64,000 nucleotides of DNA from Octopus sinensis (Eukaryota): contig NC_043000.1 in the NCBI RefSeq assembly GCF_006345805.1, positions 29,202,001-29,266,000 of the forward strand, written 5' to 3'. Shown one piece after another: positions 41,002 to 53,324 of this stretch. The notes under the pieces were generated by a model, which did not search any database, was not told the DNA's origin, and saw nothing but the letters and a program-made list of their open reading frames with translations. The translations under genes were made by a program, and so were the position numbers. How positions within the stretch are numbered: the stretch's first letter is position 1; the number at the start of each line of letters is the position of its first letter.

Positions 41002-41044
<43 letters not shown>

Positions 41045-41049
41045 ATATA

Positions 41050-41083
<34 letters not shown>

Positions 41084-41330
41084 GTATTATGTATGTATGA
41101 ATGTAATGTATGTATGTACGTATGTGATTGTGTGTCTGCGTTTATCATCCCCCCACCATCGCTTGACAACCGATACTGGTGTGTTTTACATCCCTGTAAC
41201 TTAATGGCTCGGCTAAAGAGACCTAGAGAATGAGTTCTAGGCTTACAAAGAATAAATGCTGGGGTCGATTTGTTCGATAAAGGCGGTGCTCCAGCCTGGC
41301 CGCAGTCAAATGACTGTAACCGGTAAAAGA
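39510..41330 (+). mobile_element. SINE family D split by a tandem array
   Basis: Head 39510-39670, tail 41120-41330. Confidence 0.8.
39697..40950. repeat. ~503-bp tandem array, 2.5 copies
   Basis: Unit starts cca(a)taaaggactgaacacg at 39697, 40198, 40703. Confidence 0.95.
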
Positions 41331-41681
41331 AGGACATGTTACATTAAATAAAAACAACGTGCACTAAGACCTTACAAAATAAAAATATTTTATGGTGATA
41401 TTCACCTTCAACTCTTTCTCAGACTATATAAACGAATTTTGGGTCCCACGGGGATCCAAATACCATCGTTTGTATTTCGCATAACGTCACGAGTCGTTGA
41501 AGCATGCGCATTCGTGATATTTCCGGTCAAGCTCCACTCAATACTATCATATAGTGAAATACGTAAAGTGTTGTCAAAATTCCAATTAATCGATGGTTTA
41601 TTGTAAATGTTGTTAGTTCCAATGTTCGTGTCAACTGCGACGTGAAACCACCACCCACACCAGCAGCAGCAGCACTACTAT

Positions 41682-41731
<50 letters not shown>

Positions 41732-42553
41732 TATCTAAATATATATTTGCATATTATATAATGTATATATGTTGCTATATGTATGGTTGGGAATATATAT
41801 ATATATATACACTCATATATATATATATATATATATTTATGTATACACATAGACGAGTACAAACGCATATATACACACACAATCATCTCCGCGCGTGTGT
41901 GTGTGTGTATATATACGTAGATTCCGTGTGTACGTGTGTGTGCATGTATGGATGCTGTACGTTACTTATATGTTTACGCGTTTGCGCGTTTGTATATGGA
42001 CGTGTGTGCGTGTGCGTGTGCGTGTGCGTGCGTGTGTGTACTAACTAATATAAATCCCAAACAAAATATGTCACCATCTGGTTCCTAACACGATTATAGC
42101 ACTTACTTAATCAAAATAGATCGAGGCGGATGGCGTGTTCGATAATTCTTTGATATAGAAGTGTTTTATTCCATTAATTTTTTTGGTCGCTGCCATATTA
42201 TTGGAAGGAGCCAGGAGGAGAAATTGGAGGGAAAATGGAGGCTTTCAGACGGACACAGCCACTAAGCTTACATATACGAGCGTATTTGTGTGTGTGTGTT
42301 TGTGTGTGTTTGTGTGTGTGTGTTGATGTGAACTTGTGTGTGTGTTTTTGTTTATGTTTGTGGGTGTATCTATCTATTTATCTTCTACCTGTACATATAT
42401 ACATATACATATATACACACATACATATGTACACATACACGCATACACACACCTACATACATATATAGACACACAGAGGCGCGCGCACACACACACATAT
42501 ATAAATCACACATACATATATGCATACACGTGTATATGTATATCTATCTATCC

Positions 42554-42616
<63 letters not shown>

Positions 42617-42670
42617 CGTCTATGTATGTATGTATGTATGTATGTATGTATGTATGTATCTATCTGGCTG

Positions 42671-42715
<45 letters not shown>

Positions 42716-42717
42716 AT

Positions 42718-42753
<36 letters not shown>

Positions 42754-42755
42754 TA

Positions 42756-42790
<35 letters not shown>

Positions 42791-42803
42791 TATATATATA
42801 TAT

Positions 42804-42872
<69 letters not shown>

Positions 42873-42937
42873 ATATATATACATACACACTCACATACAC
42901 AGATACACACACATACATGCATATATATATAAGATGA

Positions 42938-42973
<36 letters not shown>

Positions 42974-43111
42974 AACTCTCACTTGTTTCCGGTTGAAATT
43001 TATTCATTCCGTATAAGTAGTTACACATTTCGCCACGCCTATTTCTGATTGGCTAAATTGAATAATGGTGACTCCTGACAGATTAAAAGCCGTGTCAGTG
43101 TTGGCCAACAA

Positions 43112-43226
43112 GTTAGTAGCCCGCACTCTTAACCACTACGCCATATGCTCGTGGCATAGTGGTTAAGAGCGCGGGCTACTAACCCCAAGATTCCGAGTTC
43201 GATTCCAGGCAGTGACCTGAATAATG

Positions 43227-43257
<31 letters not shown>

Positions 43258-43387
43258 TAACAACAACAACATCGAAAAATAGCTTAGGAATCAGAACCCA
43301 GGTTCGAAATTTCCCGAAGACACCTGATGAAGCGTTGTGTTAACAACAAACAAGATGAGGACAAATAACAGTCAAATGTAAATAATG
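43112..43387 (+). mobile_element. tRNA-like head with inverted 5' copy, (TAA)n spacer, H2-type tail
   Basis: A box tggcatagtgg, B box gagttcgattcc; tail matches 37167-37300 with stem II deleted. Confidence 0.7.
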
Positions 43388-44162
43388 AACCACTTTATAG
43401 CTATCGATCCAAAAGCCAGGAACAGCAAAGTTGTTTTCAGTCAGATTTGAACTTCGAATGTAGAGTGTTAAAATAAAATGCAGTAGGACTTGTGTGACAG
43501 CGATGGCTAGCAGTTCTTCCTCTCAATTGCCCCTACCTCTCATACACCAAGATAATTCATACAAAGTGAAGAAATGTTTGGGGCGGGATGTCATCGAAAG
43601 GTTAGTCGGATCCCAGTATTAAATGATGAAATGCCAAGCAACCCTGGCAATCTTCGAACACAGAACGCAAATGTACGTGTCTGAATACGATATTACCGAC
43701 TTTGCTATGAGCGGCTTATCCAACATATAACGGGCAGAACGCTAGAGATTTGAGTGGAGGGCTTAGGTGATTAAATGAACCCTAGAACTTGACTGATCTT
43801 TTATTTTGTCTGTCTCAAAATGATAGGAGGTTAAGTTGACCTCGACAGGATTTGAACTCAGAATCAAATACTGCAAATTATTTGTTCCAGCTTTCTAACG
43901 ATTAAAACAAAATTCATTTCCCCAATTAAGGCTCAAGGCCAGAAATTTTAAGAGGATTGTGTTGGCCAGTCGATACCCAGAAACAGCTGTAAGACTAAAA
44001 TGTAATGCATTTCGCCCCGGCGTGCATACGATGCTGCCAACTCGTCGCATACGCATATACACACACATAGCGAGTCTTTATAAATGTCCTGAAAATTCTA
44101 CACAGTCTTGGCTTTGTTGTCTCATTTTATTTAACATATATATATGTATATATATATATATA

Positions 44163-44468
44163 CGTAAATGTCGAACCATGAGAATGAGTGATCAACACCA
44201 CATTGGTGGATAAAATTTCTTGCGTATTAAGGCTACCTGTGGTTTTCTGTTAAGAAAATATTTTAATTTCTTAATTTTTGAAACTGATCACATTGGGTTT
44301 ATCTCCATTTTGGAGACGTTACATCATTCCAGATCGGCTTGAAAAATTGTTAAAATATTAGTATAACTTTTTTTAACATGAGACCAATGGTAACCTTAAT
44401 ACAAGAATAAAGAAATTTTATCCACCAATGCAGTATTGAACACCCATTCTCGTCGTTCGACATTTACG
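44163..44468. mobile_element. Tc1/mariner-type MITE, 306 bp
   Basis: TA|cgtaaatgtcgaac...ggtggataaaatttctt and aagaaattttatccacc...gttcgacatttacg|TA. Confidence 0.8.
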
Positions 44469-44791
44469 TATCAGTGCTTCCGACGTCGCCAAACACCGGA
44501 TAGGCACTAAACACAGAGAATCAAAACAAACCATATGTGTGTGTATGTGCGCGTGTGTGTGTGTGTATGTGTGCATGTTTGTGTCGGGGTTTGTGTCCCG
44601 CAACTTAACGGTTCGGCAGGAGAGCTCGATAGAATAAGTACCACACTCAAAGAAAAAGAGAAAGAAATACAGTCGATTCATTTGACTAAAATTCTTCAAG
44701 GCGGTGCCCCAGCAAGGCCGCAATCTAATGACTGAAACAAGTGAAAGCTAATATATAAAAACTATAAAAGTTATATGCGTGGTGTATATAT

Positions 44792-44825
<34 letters not shown>

Positions 44826-44829
44826 AATA

Positions 44830-44983
44830 TATGGGGCTGTGTGGTAAGTAGCTGCTTCCCAACCACATGGTTTCGGGTTTAATCCCACTGCATTGCACCT
44901 TGGGCTAGAGTTTTCTATTTTAGCCTCGGGCCGATCAAAGCCTTGCGAGTGGATTGGTAGGCGGAAACAAAAAAGAATCCCAT

Positions 44984-45035
<52 letters not shown>

Positions 45036-45410
45036 TATATATATATATATATCACGTGATCACGTGATCGACCAGACTATCAGATGTTGCTACACATCGC
45101 TGGTCACAATGCGCTTCGCATTGCTTTAGCCCTCAAATGACGCCACCCCGCTGGCTAAGCGAACAGGCCAATATATATATATATTTGTGTATGTGTGTGT
45201 GTCTGTGTGTTTGTTCCCCAACCATCGCTTGTAAACTGATGCTGGTGTGTTTAAGTCCCCGTAAATCTAGCGGTTCGGCACAAAGTGACCCGATAGAATA
45301 AGTACTAGGTTTATAAAAGAATAAGTCCTTTGGTCGATTTTTTCGACTGAAGGCAGTACTCCAGTATAGCCGCAGTCAAAATGACTGAAACAAGAAAAAG
45401 GATAAAAGAA
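44830..45410 (+). mobile_element. SINE family D with a 120-bp insert in its internal (TA)n
   Basis: Head 44830-44990, insert 45052-45170, tail 45190-45410. Confidence 0.8.
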
Positions 45411-46829
45411 TAAAAGAATAATAGAATAGAATATGTGTGCGTGATTGTGTGTGTGTGTGCGTGCGTTAGTGTGTGTGCGTGTGTGTATGTGTATGCACAT
45501 ACAATCATAGGCTTTTAAAGTGGTACATATAATTTTATCGATATTATTTCTCGATTAGCATTTGCTCCTTTACCATGTTTTTTTTTATCAACACGTTTAT
45601 AATAAAATTCAATTTACATTGCAGGAACCTATTTTTCTATAGACTTGTAGCTCAAAAGAGATATGTACGAGAATAACTCATGTTTATTCATAGCGAGTCT
45701 CGTATGCATTAATTCAAAACTAATGTTTAAGAAGAGTGAGAAGATGATACAGATGTTTATAAAGTTGTAAACCGACAAAAGAATAGAAGCGGGAAGTGCT
45801 AAACGATGACCTATCGATAACCGATGAGAAGAGTTTAAAAGTTAATCAATATGAATACGACTGAGTTTTATATCTGTGAGTTCAACTTGAAAGAAAGAAA
45901 AAATATGACTCCGAGGCTGTAAGATCTAACTTTTAATTAAATTTGAAATAGTTGCAGTGAAATTGTGTCAGTGAGCAGGTCATGTTTGTGTGACGAAAAG
46001 TTTAATGCCTTTACAAAAATGATATGTGAATTGCTATTTTCGTTTTGAAACGAAACGGTTGAATTTTCTTTTCACGTTACAATTGCCTCAGTAAACGTTC
46101 TCATTATTATTAAAGCGTTCTCCAAGGCGACGTGTTGGCAGCATTGTATGCACACCAGGGCGAAATGCATTACTTTCTGAGTTCAAATTCCGCCGAGATC
46201 AACTTTGCCGTTCATCTTTTCAGGTTCGAAATAAAGTACCAGTGAATATATTTAGTACTGGTAAATTAAGTACCAGTGATAAATTAAGTACTGGGATCGA
46301 AGTAATTGACTAGCCACGCCCACCCCCAAATTTCAGGTTTTGCGCCTTTAGTAGAAAGAGTTATTAAAGTGTTCTCGTAAGTTTGCGTCCTACGGGCAGC
46401 CATTGACTTTCTGTCTCCAAAGTTTTTTTAAATCCAAAATTTATATACTACTGTTTATAGATTTATCTGCTTCGAGTCCCACCGCTTGAAACAAATTATT
46501 GCATGCCCCTCGAAATTTGAAAATCCTCATATATATGTGTATCTTTGGTGCTAAAAAGCCATTATTTAATTAGTTAAGCAAGGCTTCTTAGCACCAAAGA
46601 CACACTTCTATTTGTTATTTTTCCTCCATTTTTTTCATCGTCGATGCATACATTAAACTACGGTTTACCTTTTTATATTACCTGCCGCCTTATACCTTAT
46701 ACCAAGGATCATACTTACTGAGGTAATTACCAGGAATGCCTCTGAATCTTCTCTCCCTTAGAGGGCTTAATACCTCTAACACCTTATATATATATATAAT
46801 ATATATATATATCTATATATATATATATA

Positions 46830-47215
46830 TATTAGGCCAAACCGCATATTTGAGAAACGAGATGCACGTAAAACAACAATTGCAGCAACGTGACCGACAA
46901 AGGCGTCAATACCAAACAGTTTCTCAGAGACCTAACTCTGAATGGCAACCCACCAAAAGAAACCTAAGGTCAAAAATAGAAGAGAGTTACAGAAAGCTAG
47001 CTGGTTGCTATAACACCACCCTTTTGCGCATGTCCACTTCCACACATGGTCACACACACACACATCGGCAACATTCGTCAATTTCTTGAAAATGGGGTAA
47101 TAACCCCGAAATATTGAATACAAGGTAAGTCTACATTAATTCCTTTATTTGGTTTTCTTGTGATTTACCTTGCATTTACATTGTTTTGGCCTTTCCCACG
47201 ATCCTTTAATACAAT
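46830..47215 (+). mobile_element. (TA)n-flanked element with hammerhead-like motif (family H3)
   Basis: ttcTTGAAAAtGGGGtaataaCCCCGAAATATTgaat at 47083-47119. Confidence 0.45.
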
Positions 47216-47220
47216 ATATA

Positions 47221-47258
<38 letters not shown>

Positions 47259-47259
47259 A

Positions 47260-47340
<81 letters not shown>

Positions 47341-47343
<3 letters not shown>

Positions 47344-47470
47344 CGCAGGAGTGGCTGTGTGATAAGTCGCTTGCTTACCAACCACATAGTTCTGGGTTCA
47401 GTCCCACTATGTGGCACTAGGGCCTTGTGAGTGGATTTGGTAGACGGAAACTGAAAGAAGCCCGTCGTAT
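47341..47470 (+). mobile_element. SINE family D head
   Basis: aggcgcaggagtggctgtgtg...gaaagaagcccgtcg; body ends at the gap. Confidence 0.9.
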
Positions 47471-47477
47471 ATATATA

Positions 47478-47524
<47 letters not shown>

Positions 47525-47603
47525 ATATATATATATATATTATAATATGTATGTAGGTATGTATGTATGTATGTGTGTGTATATATTTGTGTGTCTGCAT
47601 TTG

Positions 47604-47703
47604 NNNNNNNNNNNNNNNNNNNNNNNNNNNNNNNNNNNNNNNNNNNNNNNNNNNNNNNNNNNNNNNNNNNNNNNNNNNNNNNNNNNNNNNNNNNNNNNNN
47701 NNN
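47604..47703. other. Assembly gap, 100 N
   Basis: Run of N; the round size suggests a placeholder, so adjacency across it is uncertain. Confidence 0.99.
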
Positions 47704-47704
47704 G

Positions 47705-48090
47705 TGGTCCAGACGTTTCTAAGATCACCGAAAAAATGTCGATATTGACGAACGTTCTGGGAGACACGCAACCAGCAGATCTGAGAAAAACTTCGCAGCT
47801 GTGAGGGGAAATCGTCGAATCACCATCCATGAGTTATCAGGGAATGTGCAGATTACTTACAGTTCATTTCAGTCCATTATCACTGAAGATTTGGGTATGA
47901 GACGCGTATCTGCCTAGTTTGTGCCAAAACTGCTCGGGTTTCAGTTGCACAAGATCACCTTATTTGCATCGAGAACAATGAAAACTTTTTGAAAACCCAT
48001 GCGTAGTCCTCTGAGCAGGTATTGCCAAGCTTTTGGCAAAATTTGATGCAGATTCTCTGCCAACTTTCTCCGTCATGTTCAATCCGACGA
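47705..48090 (+). pseudogene. Mariner transposase N-terminal remnant
   Basis: WSRRF*...DERSGRH...NRRITIHELS...IITEDLGMRRVSA*FVPKLL. Confidence 0.88.
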
Positions 48091-48139
48091 ACATACACTA
48101 CCCAAATTTTGTTATTGAATACATAACGCCTCCCAACAC

Positions 48140-48372
48140 AAGGAATATTAGTGGAACATTCTTATTAAACCTTCTGTCAAATATAATACGACGCAGGCTA
48201 TAGTTGTTCGAGACAAACAAGAAAAAGCATGTATCGTGATAGAGGTCAGCTACCCCATTGGTGTGAAATCATTTCGATAATCAAAGAGAAAGAGGCAACG
48301 CTTATGTTACAAATAGAATTCGTAAGAGGAATAGTAAAAGTTTGCAAGACTTTTCTCAAATTCAACATACGA
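48140..48372 (+). pseudogene. Highly decayed RLE-family B fragment
   Basis: WNILIK...VVRDKQEKACIVIEVSYP...GIVKVCKTFLKF. Confidence 0.65.
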
Positions 48373-48446
48373 TATTGCTTTTGTTGCCTCCCTTCCAACG
48401 AAGAAGATTTGTATTTTTGTCAGAAACCAATCCCTTACAAAAATCA

Positions 48447-48683
48447 TTTCTTATTTCTTTATTGCCCACAAGGGCTAAACATAGAGGGAACAAACAAGAA
48501 CAGACAAAGGGATTAAGTCGAATACATCGATCCCAGTGCGTAACTGGTACTTAATTTATCGGACCTGAAAGGATGAAAGGCAAAGTCGACCTCGGCGGAA
48601 TTTGAACTCAGAACGTAACGACTGACGAAATACGGCTACGCATTTCGCCCGGCGTTCTAACGTTTCTGCCAGCTCGCCGCCTT
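48447..48683 (-). mobile_element. SINE family A, full length
   Basis: Complete match. Confidence 0.92.
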
Positions 48684-48737
48684 AAACATTTCTAATAATT
48701 GAATGTAGAAGGAAATATACTCACATGCGTATAATGC

Positions 48738-48849
<112 letters not shown>

Positions 48850-49520
48850 GTCTGTCTGTCTGTCTGTCTCTCTGTCTTTCAGGCTGTCTATCTGTTTGAT
48901 AATATAAATATAGACACAATGTATATTAAATGTATTTTCCATTTGTAAGACAGATTGCAAAGTAGAGAATAATATTTTCTAAGAGAAAAGTATATGAAAA
49001 AACAAACCAAAAAAAAACCCTCTCCTGGACCAATTTGGTTTCATCTTTTTAGAATGTTCACGCGTGTCGGCACTGTTCCATTCATATCTCTTATTATAAA
49101 AGGCAGATTTTATCTGCCTCCCTTTGTCTCTTATAGAAATCTACAATATAGGATTTCTTCAATTACAATTTACCTAGCATTTTTAAGAGTAGAATGCATC
49201 GGGTCTTGCCAGGTCCACTTTTTAAAATTTCAACTCCAATTAAGCAAAATTTACAGAAAACTCATATTGTGGTGTATAAGTCAAATGCTTTTCTTAGTGT
49301 GGGCTACAGCACACGCACACGCACACACACAGTGTGCAACGAATAAAGTGAAAGTAATTCACTTTTTGTAGTGAGTGACTCTTTCACTCTGCATTCCCAC
49401 TTCCTCTTTACACACATAGACACGCAAATATATAAATAAAATTGTAAGCTAACGTGTGTGTGTGCGTGTGTGTGCGTGTGTGCGTGTGTGTGTGTGCGTG
49501 TGCGTGAGTGTGTGACAGGA

Positions 49521-50030
49521 AAGTTTTTTAGGACGAATATAAGACCTATATCCAAGTAGCAGAAAGATCGCCCAAAAGTGTATATAGATATTTAAATGTA
49601 TTTATATATTCATCTATGCACAGATGTATGTATAGTGTGTGTGTATATATTTCCATAGAGGTAACCTTTCACTCCATACAAAGTTTTTTAGGACGAATAT
49701 AAGATCTAAAGTATATACAAGTAGCAGAAAGATCGCCCAAAAGTGTATATAGATATTTAAATGTATTTATATATTCATCTATACACAGATATATGTATAA
49801 TGTGTGTGTATATATTTCCATAGACGTAACCATTCACTCCGCACAAAGTTTTTTAGGACGAAAATAAGATCTAAAGTTATCTCTAAGAAACAGAAAGATC
49901 GCCCAAAAGTGTATAGATATTAAATGTATTTATATATTCATCTATACACACATGTATGTATAATGTGCGTCGTGTATATATTTCCATAGAGGTAACCATT
50001 CAATCCATACAAAGTTTTTAGGACGAAAAT
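49521..50030. repeat. ~165-bp tandem array, 3.1 copies
   Basis: Unit starts aagttttttaggacgaa at 49521, 49681, 49846, 50012. Confidence 0.95.
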
Positions 50031-50876
50031 ATTTATAATAAAAGAAAGGTTGTGTGTGTCTGTCTACTCCGATTTAGATTCCTAACTACTCCCACATTTT
50101 GCGATGCAGTTTAACCAAAACCGGGTATCTTATAGTCGTGATTCATATCGAGCCCTTCTGGGTATTAGCGCGCGTCTACGATGAGTCTATGATTTTACAA
50201 ATAATTTACCATCATTTTTTTCCATTTTAATGCATATTTTTTTAAATAAAGGGAAGTAACTCTCAAACTTCACACCAATATGCGTGCTCATATGCGACGT
50301 AATATCACATCAGCATCATTTCCTCACACCCTCCTTGCACTTGGCGAAGGCAAAATACCAGGGGATGAAAATGGTAATATTGCCATCGATTCCATTTGTA
50401 CCATGTTAAGACGCCTTCTGATCTCAGAGATGCAGTGTTCCCAGATCTACAAGCTAATTATCAGAATATGGATTGGATTGGCAAAAAGGCTATACTGGCC
50501 CCGAGGATATAAACTGTTCACCATATTAATGATGAAATGCTAAAACTCATTCCTGGGGAAGTCTATGTATATCAGTCTATCGATACAACTCCTGACCCAG
50601 AGGACGTCATCAACTATCCAATAGAAGTACTCAATTTCTTGGAGCACCCCGGACTACCACCACACTTTCTCAAACTTAAAGTTGGTGCCCCTATAATGCT
50701 CATCAGAAATTTGGTTCCCCCAAAACAATGCAATGGCACACGTTTGATCGTTAAGTCCTTATCTCCCACCGTAAACTTATATCAATATTTGCCTGAATAA
50801 TCATCATAATTCAGAGCAATCATTAACAGTACTTTCAAGCAATTCAGCCCCGAGCAACGCCGGGCAATTCTGCTAG
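50031..50876 (+). mobile_element. Non-autonomous Helitron with PIF1-family helicase remnant (50310-50775)
   Basis: AVFPDLQANYQNMDW..KAILAP...LIPGEVYVYQSIDT...NYPIEVLNFLEHPGLPPHFLKLKVGAPIMLIRNL..QCNGTRLIVK; 3' hairpin gccccgagcaacgccgggc then CTAG|T. Confidence 0.92.
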
Positions 50877-51544
50877 TATATATATATTACGATTCGAAGA
50901 CTAAGGGATGAGGTTTTTCTATTTTAATAAATTTCTCATAAAGAGTTGGCAAATATGAGATATCTCTTCAATATCTTAGACATTTCGGAAATCGAATTTT
51001 CATCGCCTCGAATATCTTTCTGTTTTATATTTATAATTTGAAAAGTTTTATATTTTGTTGTCTTCCTCCTATCACCAATTTAATTCTTGTTGAATTTTGA
51101 AGATTGTAAAGATGGATGCAAATTGGTCGAAATTTATACGCCTTTTTTAATTATAAGAATGACGTTAGTCTCACGTGATGCGAGAAAATGACTTTGCAAT
51201 CTCTTACTGAGTAACCTGTACAAATGATTTATTCATAGTAGCCAAATGTATGTGGTGTACATTAGTTCAATCGCTCCATCAAATCAACATTGCCAGTACG
51301 GGCGCACGTTGAACCACGCGTCAGTTCATGGAGTGATTGCAGAACAACTAGAGATGAAATGTCTAGGTATTGAAACACCGATCTAGCGATCGTTAGTGCA
51401 ACACTCTAACCATAAGGCCAGGCGGCCTCACAATCTTATAAGATATATATACACACACACTTGAATACTTGAACACACATGTACACGTAAAGGGAAAAGA
51501 CAGTGCACATTACTAAATGTAGAGTTGTATATTATGTATTTTAT

Positions 51545-51997
51545 TCTATTATTTGTTTCAGTCAATTGATTGCGGCCCGGCTGGAGCACCGCCTTTAGTC
51601 GAACACATCGACCCCAGAACTTATTCTTTGTAAGCCTATCGGTCTCTTTGCCGAACGGCTAAGATACGGGTACGTAAACACACCAGCATCGGTTGTCAAG
51701 CGATGGTGGGGGACAGACACAGACACACAAACATACACACACACATGCATATACACACACACACACACACACAACACACACACATTTATATATAGAGAGA
51801 AACCAGTCGAATATATATATATATATATATACGACGGATTTCTTTTCAGTTTCCGTCTACGAAATCCACTCACAAGGCTTTGGTCAGCCCGAGGCTATAG
51901 TAGAAGACACTTGCACAAGATGCCACGCAGTAGGACTGAATCCAGAACCATGTGGTTGGTAAGCAAGCTACTTACCACACAGCCATGCCTGCGCCTA
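51545..51997 (-). mobile_element. SINE family D, full length
   Basis: Complete match. Confidence 0.92.
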
Positions 51998-52790
51998 TGA
52001 TTGGAAGTTGAAACTTCAGAAATCGTTACTCCAAGATACTCGTTTCCTTTTCACCTTCGCGATAGTGAAGCAAATACGTTCTCGCTTAATGATTGCTATA
52101 GCGTGAAACTTAAACTGAGAGAAACATGCTCTGTTTAAACAAACCATAAAAATCTATTACACACAAACGCTCATAATACAGTAACACACGCATACACATA
52201 TGCACACACACACACACACGTGCACACACATTTATACATACATGCACACATACATATATGCGCACATATTATTAATCCATTCTACTGTAGGCGCAATACC
52301 TGAAATTATTTGGGGGGGAGGGATTTGTTTATTACATCGACCCCTGTACTCAACTGATATATATTTCCTGGGCCATCGACTCCGAAAGGACGATGGGTAA
52401 AGTTGACCTCAGCGGAATTTGAACTCAGAACGTACAGAAGGACGAAATACCGCTAAGCCTTTTGTCTGCTGTGTTAACGATTCTTCCAGCTCAATGCCCT
52501 CATATACATTGGTTTCAAAATTTTGCAAAAAGCCAGCAATTTTGGCGGAGGGTGTAAGCCAATTACATCGCCTCCAGTGATCAACTGGTATTTATTTTAT
52601 CGAGCTTCTAAAAAATGAAAGGCAAAGTCGATTACGGCGGAATTTGAACTCAGACTGCAAAGACGGACAAAATACTGTCGTTACGCATTTTGCCTGCTTG
52701 AATCGCTGCCTTATTACATATACATGCATATTAGCATACGAAAAAATATGTATGTATGTATATATAAAAATATATATAAAAAGATATATA

Positions 52791-52845
<55 letters not shown>

Positions 52846-52851
52846 TATATG

Positions 52852-52898
<47 letters not shown>

Positions 52899-53002
52899 GT
52901 ATGTATGTTATGTATGTATGTATGTATGTATGTATGTATTATATATATATATATATATATATATTTATTTCTCTTTACTATATCTAAAGACTTAAGACTC
53001 CC

Positions 53003-53322
53003 GCCGGTTACGACGACGAGGGTCCCAGCTGATACGATCAACGGAACAACTTGCTCGTGAAATTAAAGTGCAAATGGCGGGCATATCCACATTCACAACA
53101 CGTGTACCCTTAACGTAGTTCTCGGGGATAATCAGCGTGACACAGAGAGTGACAAGGCTGACCCTTTGAATACAAGTACAACTCATTTTTGCCACAGCTG
53201 AGTGGACTGGAGCAACGTGAAATAAAGTGTCTTGCTCAAGGATACAACGCGTCCGCGGGAATCGAACTCACAACCTTACGATCATGATCGTATGCCCTAA
53301 CCACTTAGCCACGCGCCCTCAC
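53003..53322 (-). mobile_element. SINE family C, full length
   Basis: Head ggcgcgtggctaagtggttaggg...gagttcgattccc, core, B-type tail. Confidence 0.9.
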
Positions 53323-53324
53323 CT

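Noticed and set aside
47427-47830. ORFs spanning the N run
   Set aside because: Artefacts of the assembly gap joining a SINE microsatellite to a mariner remnant
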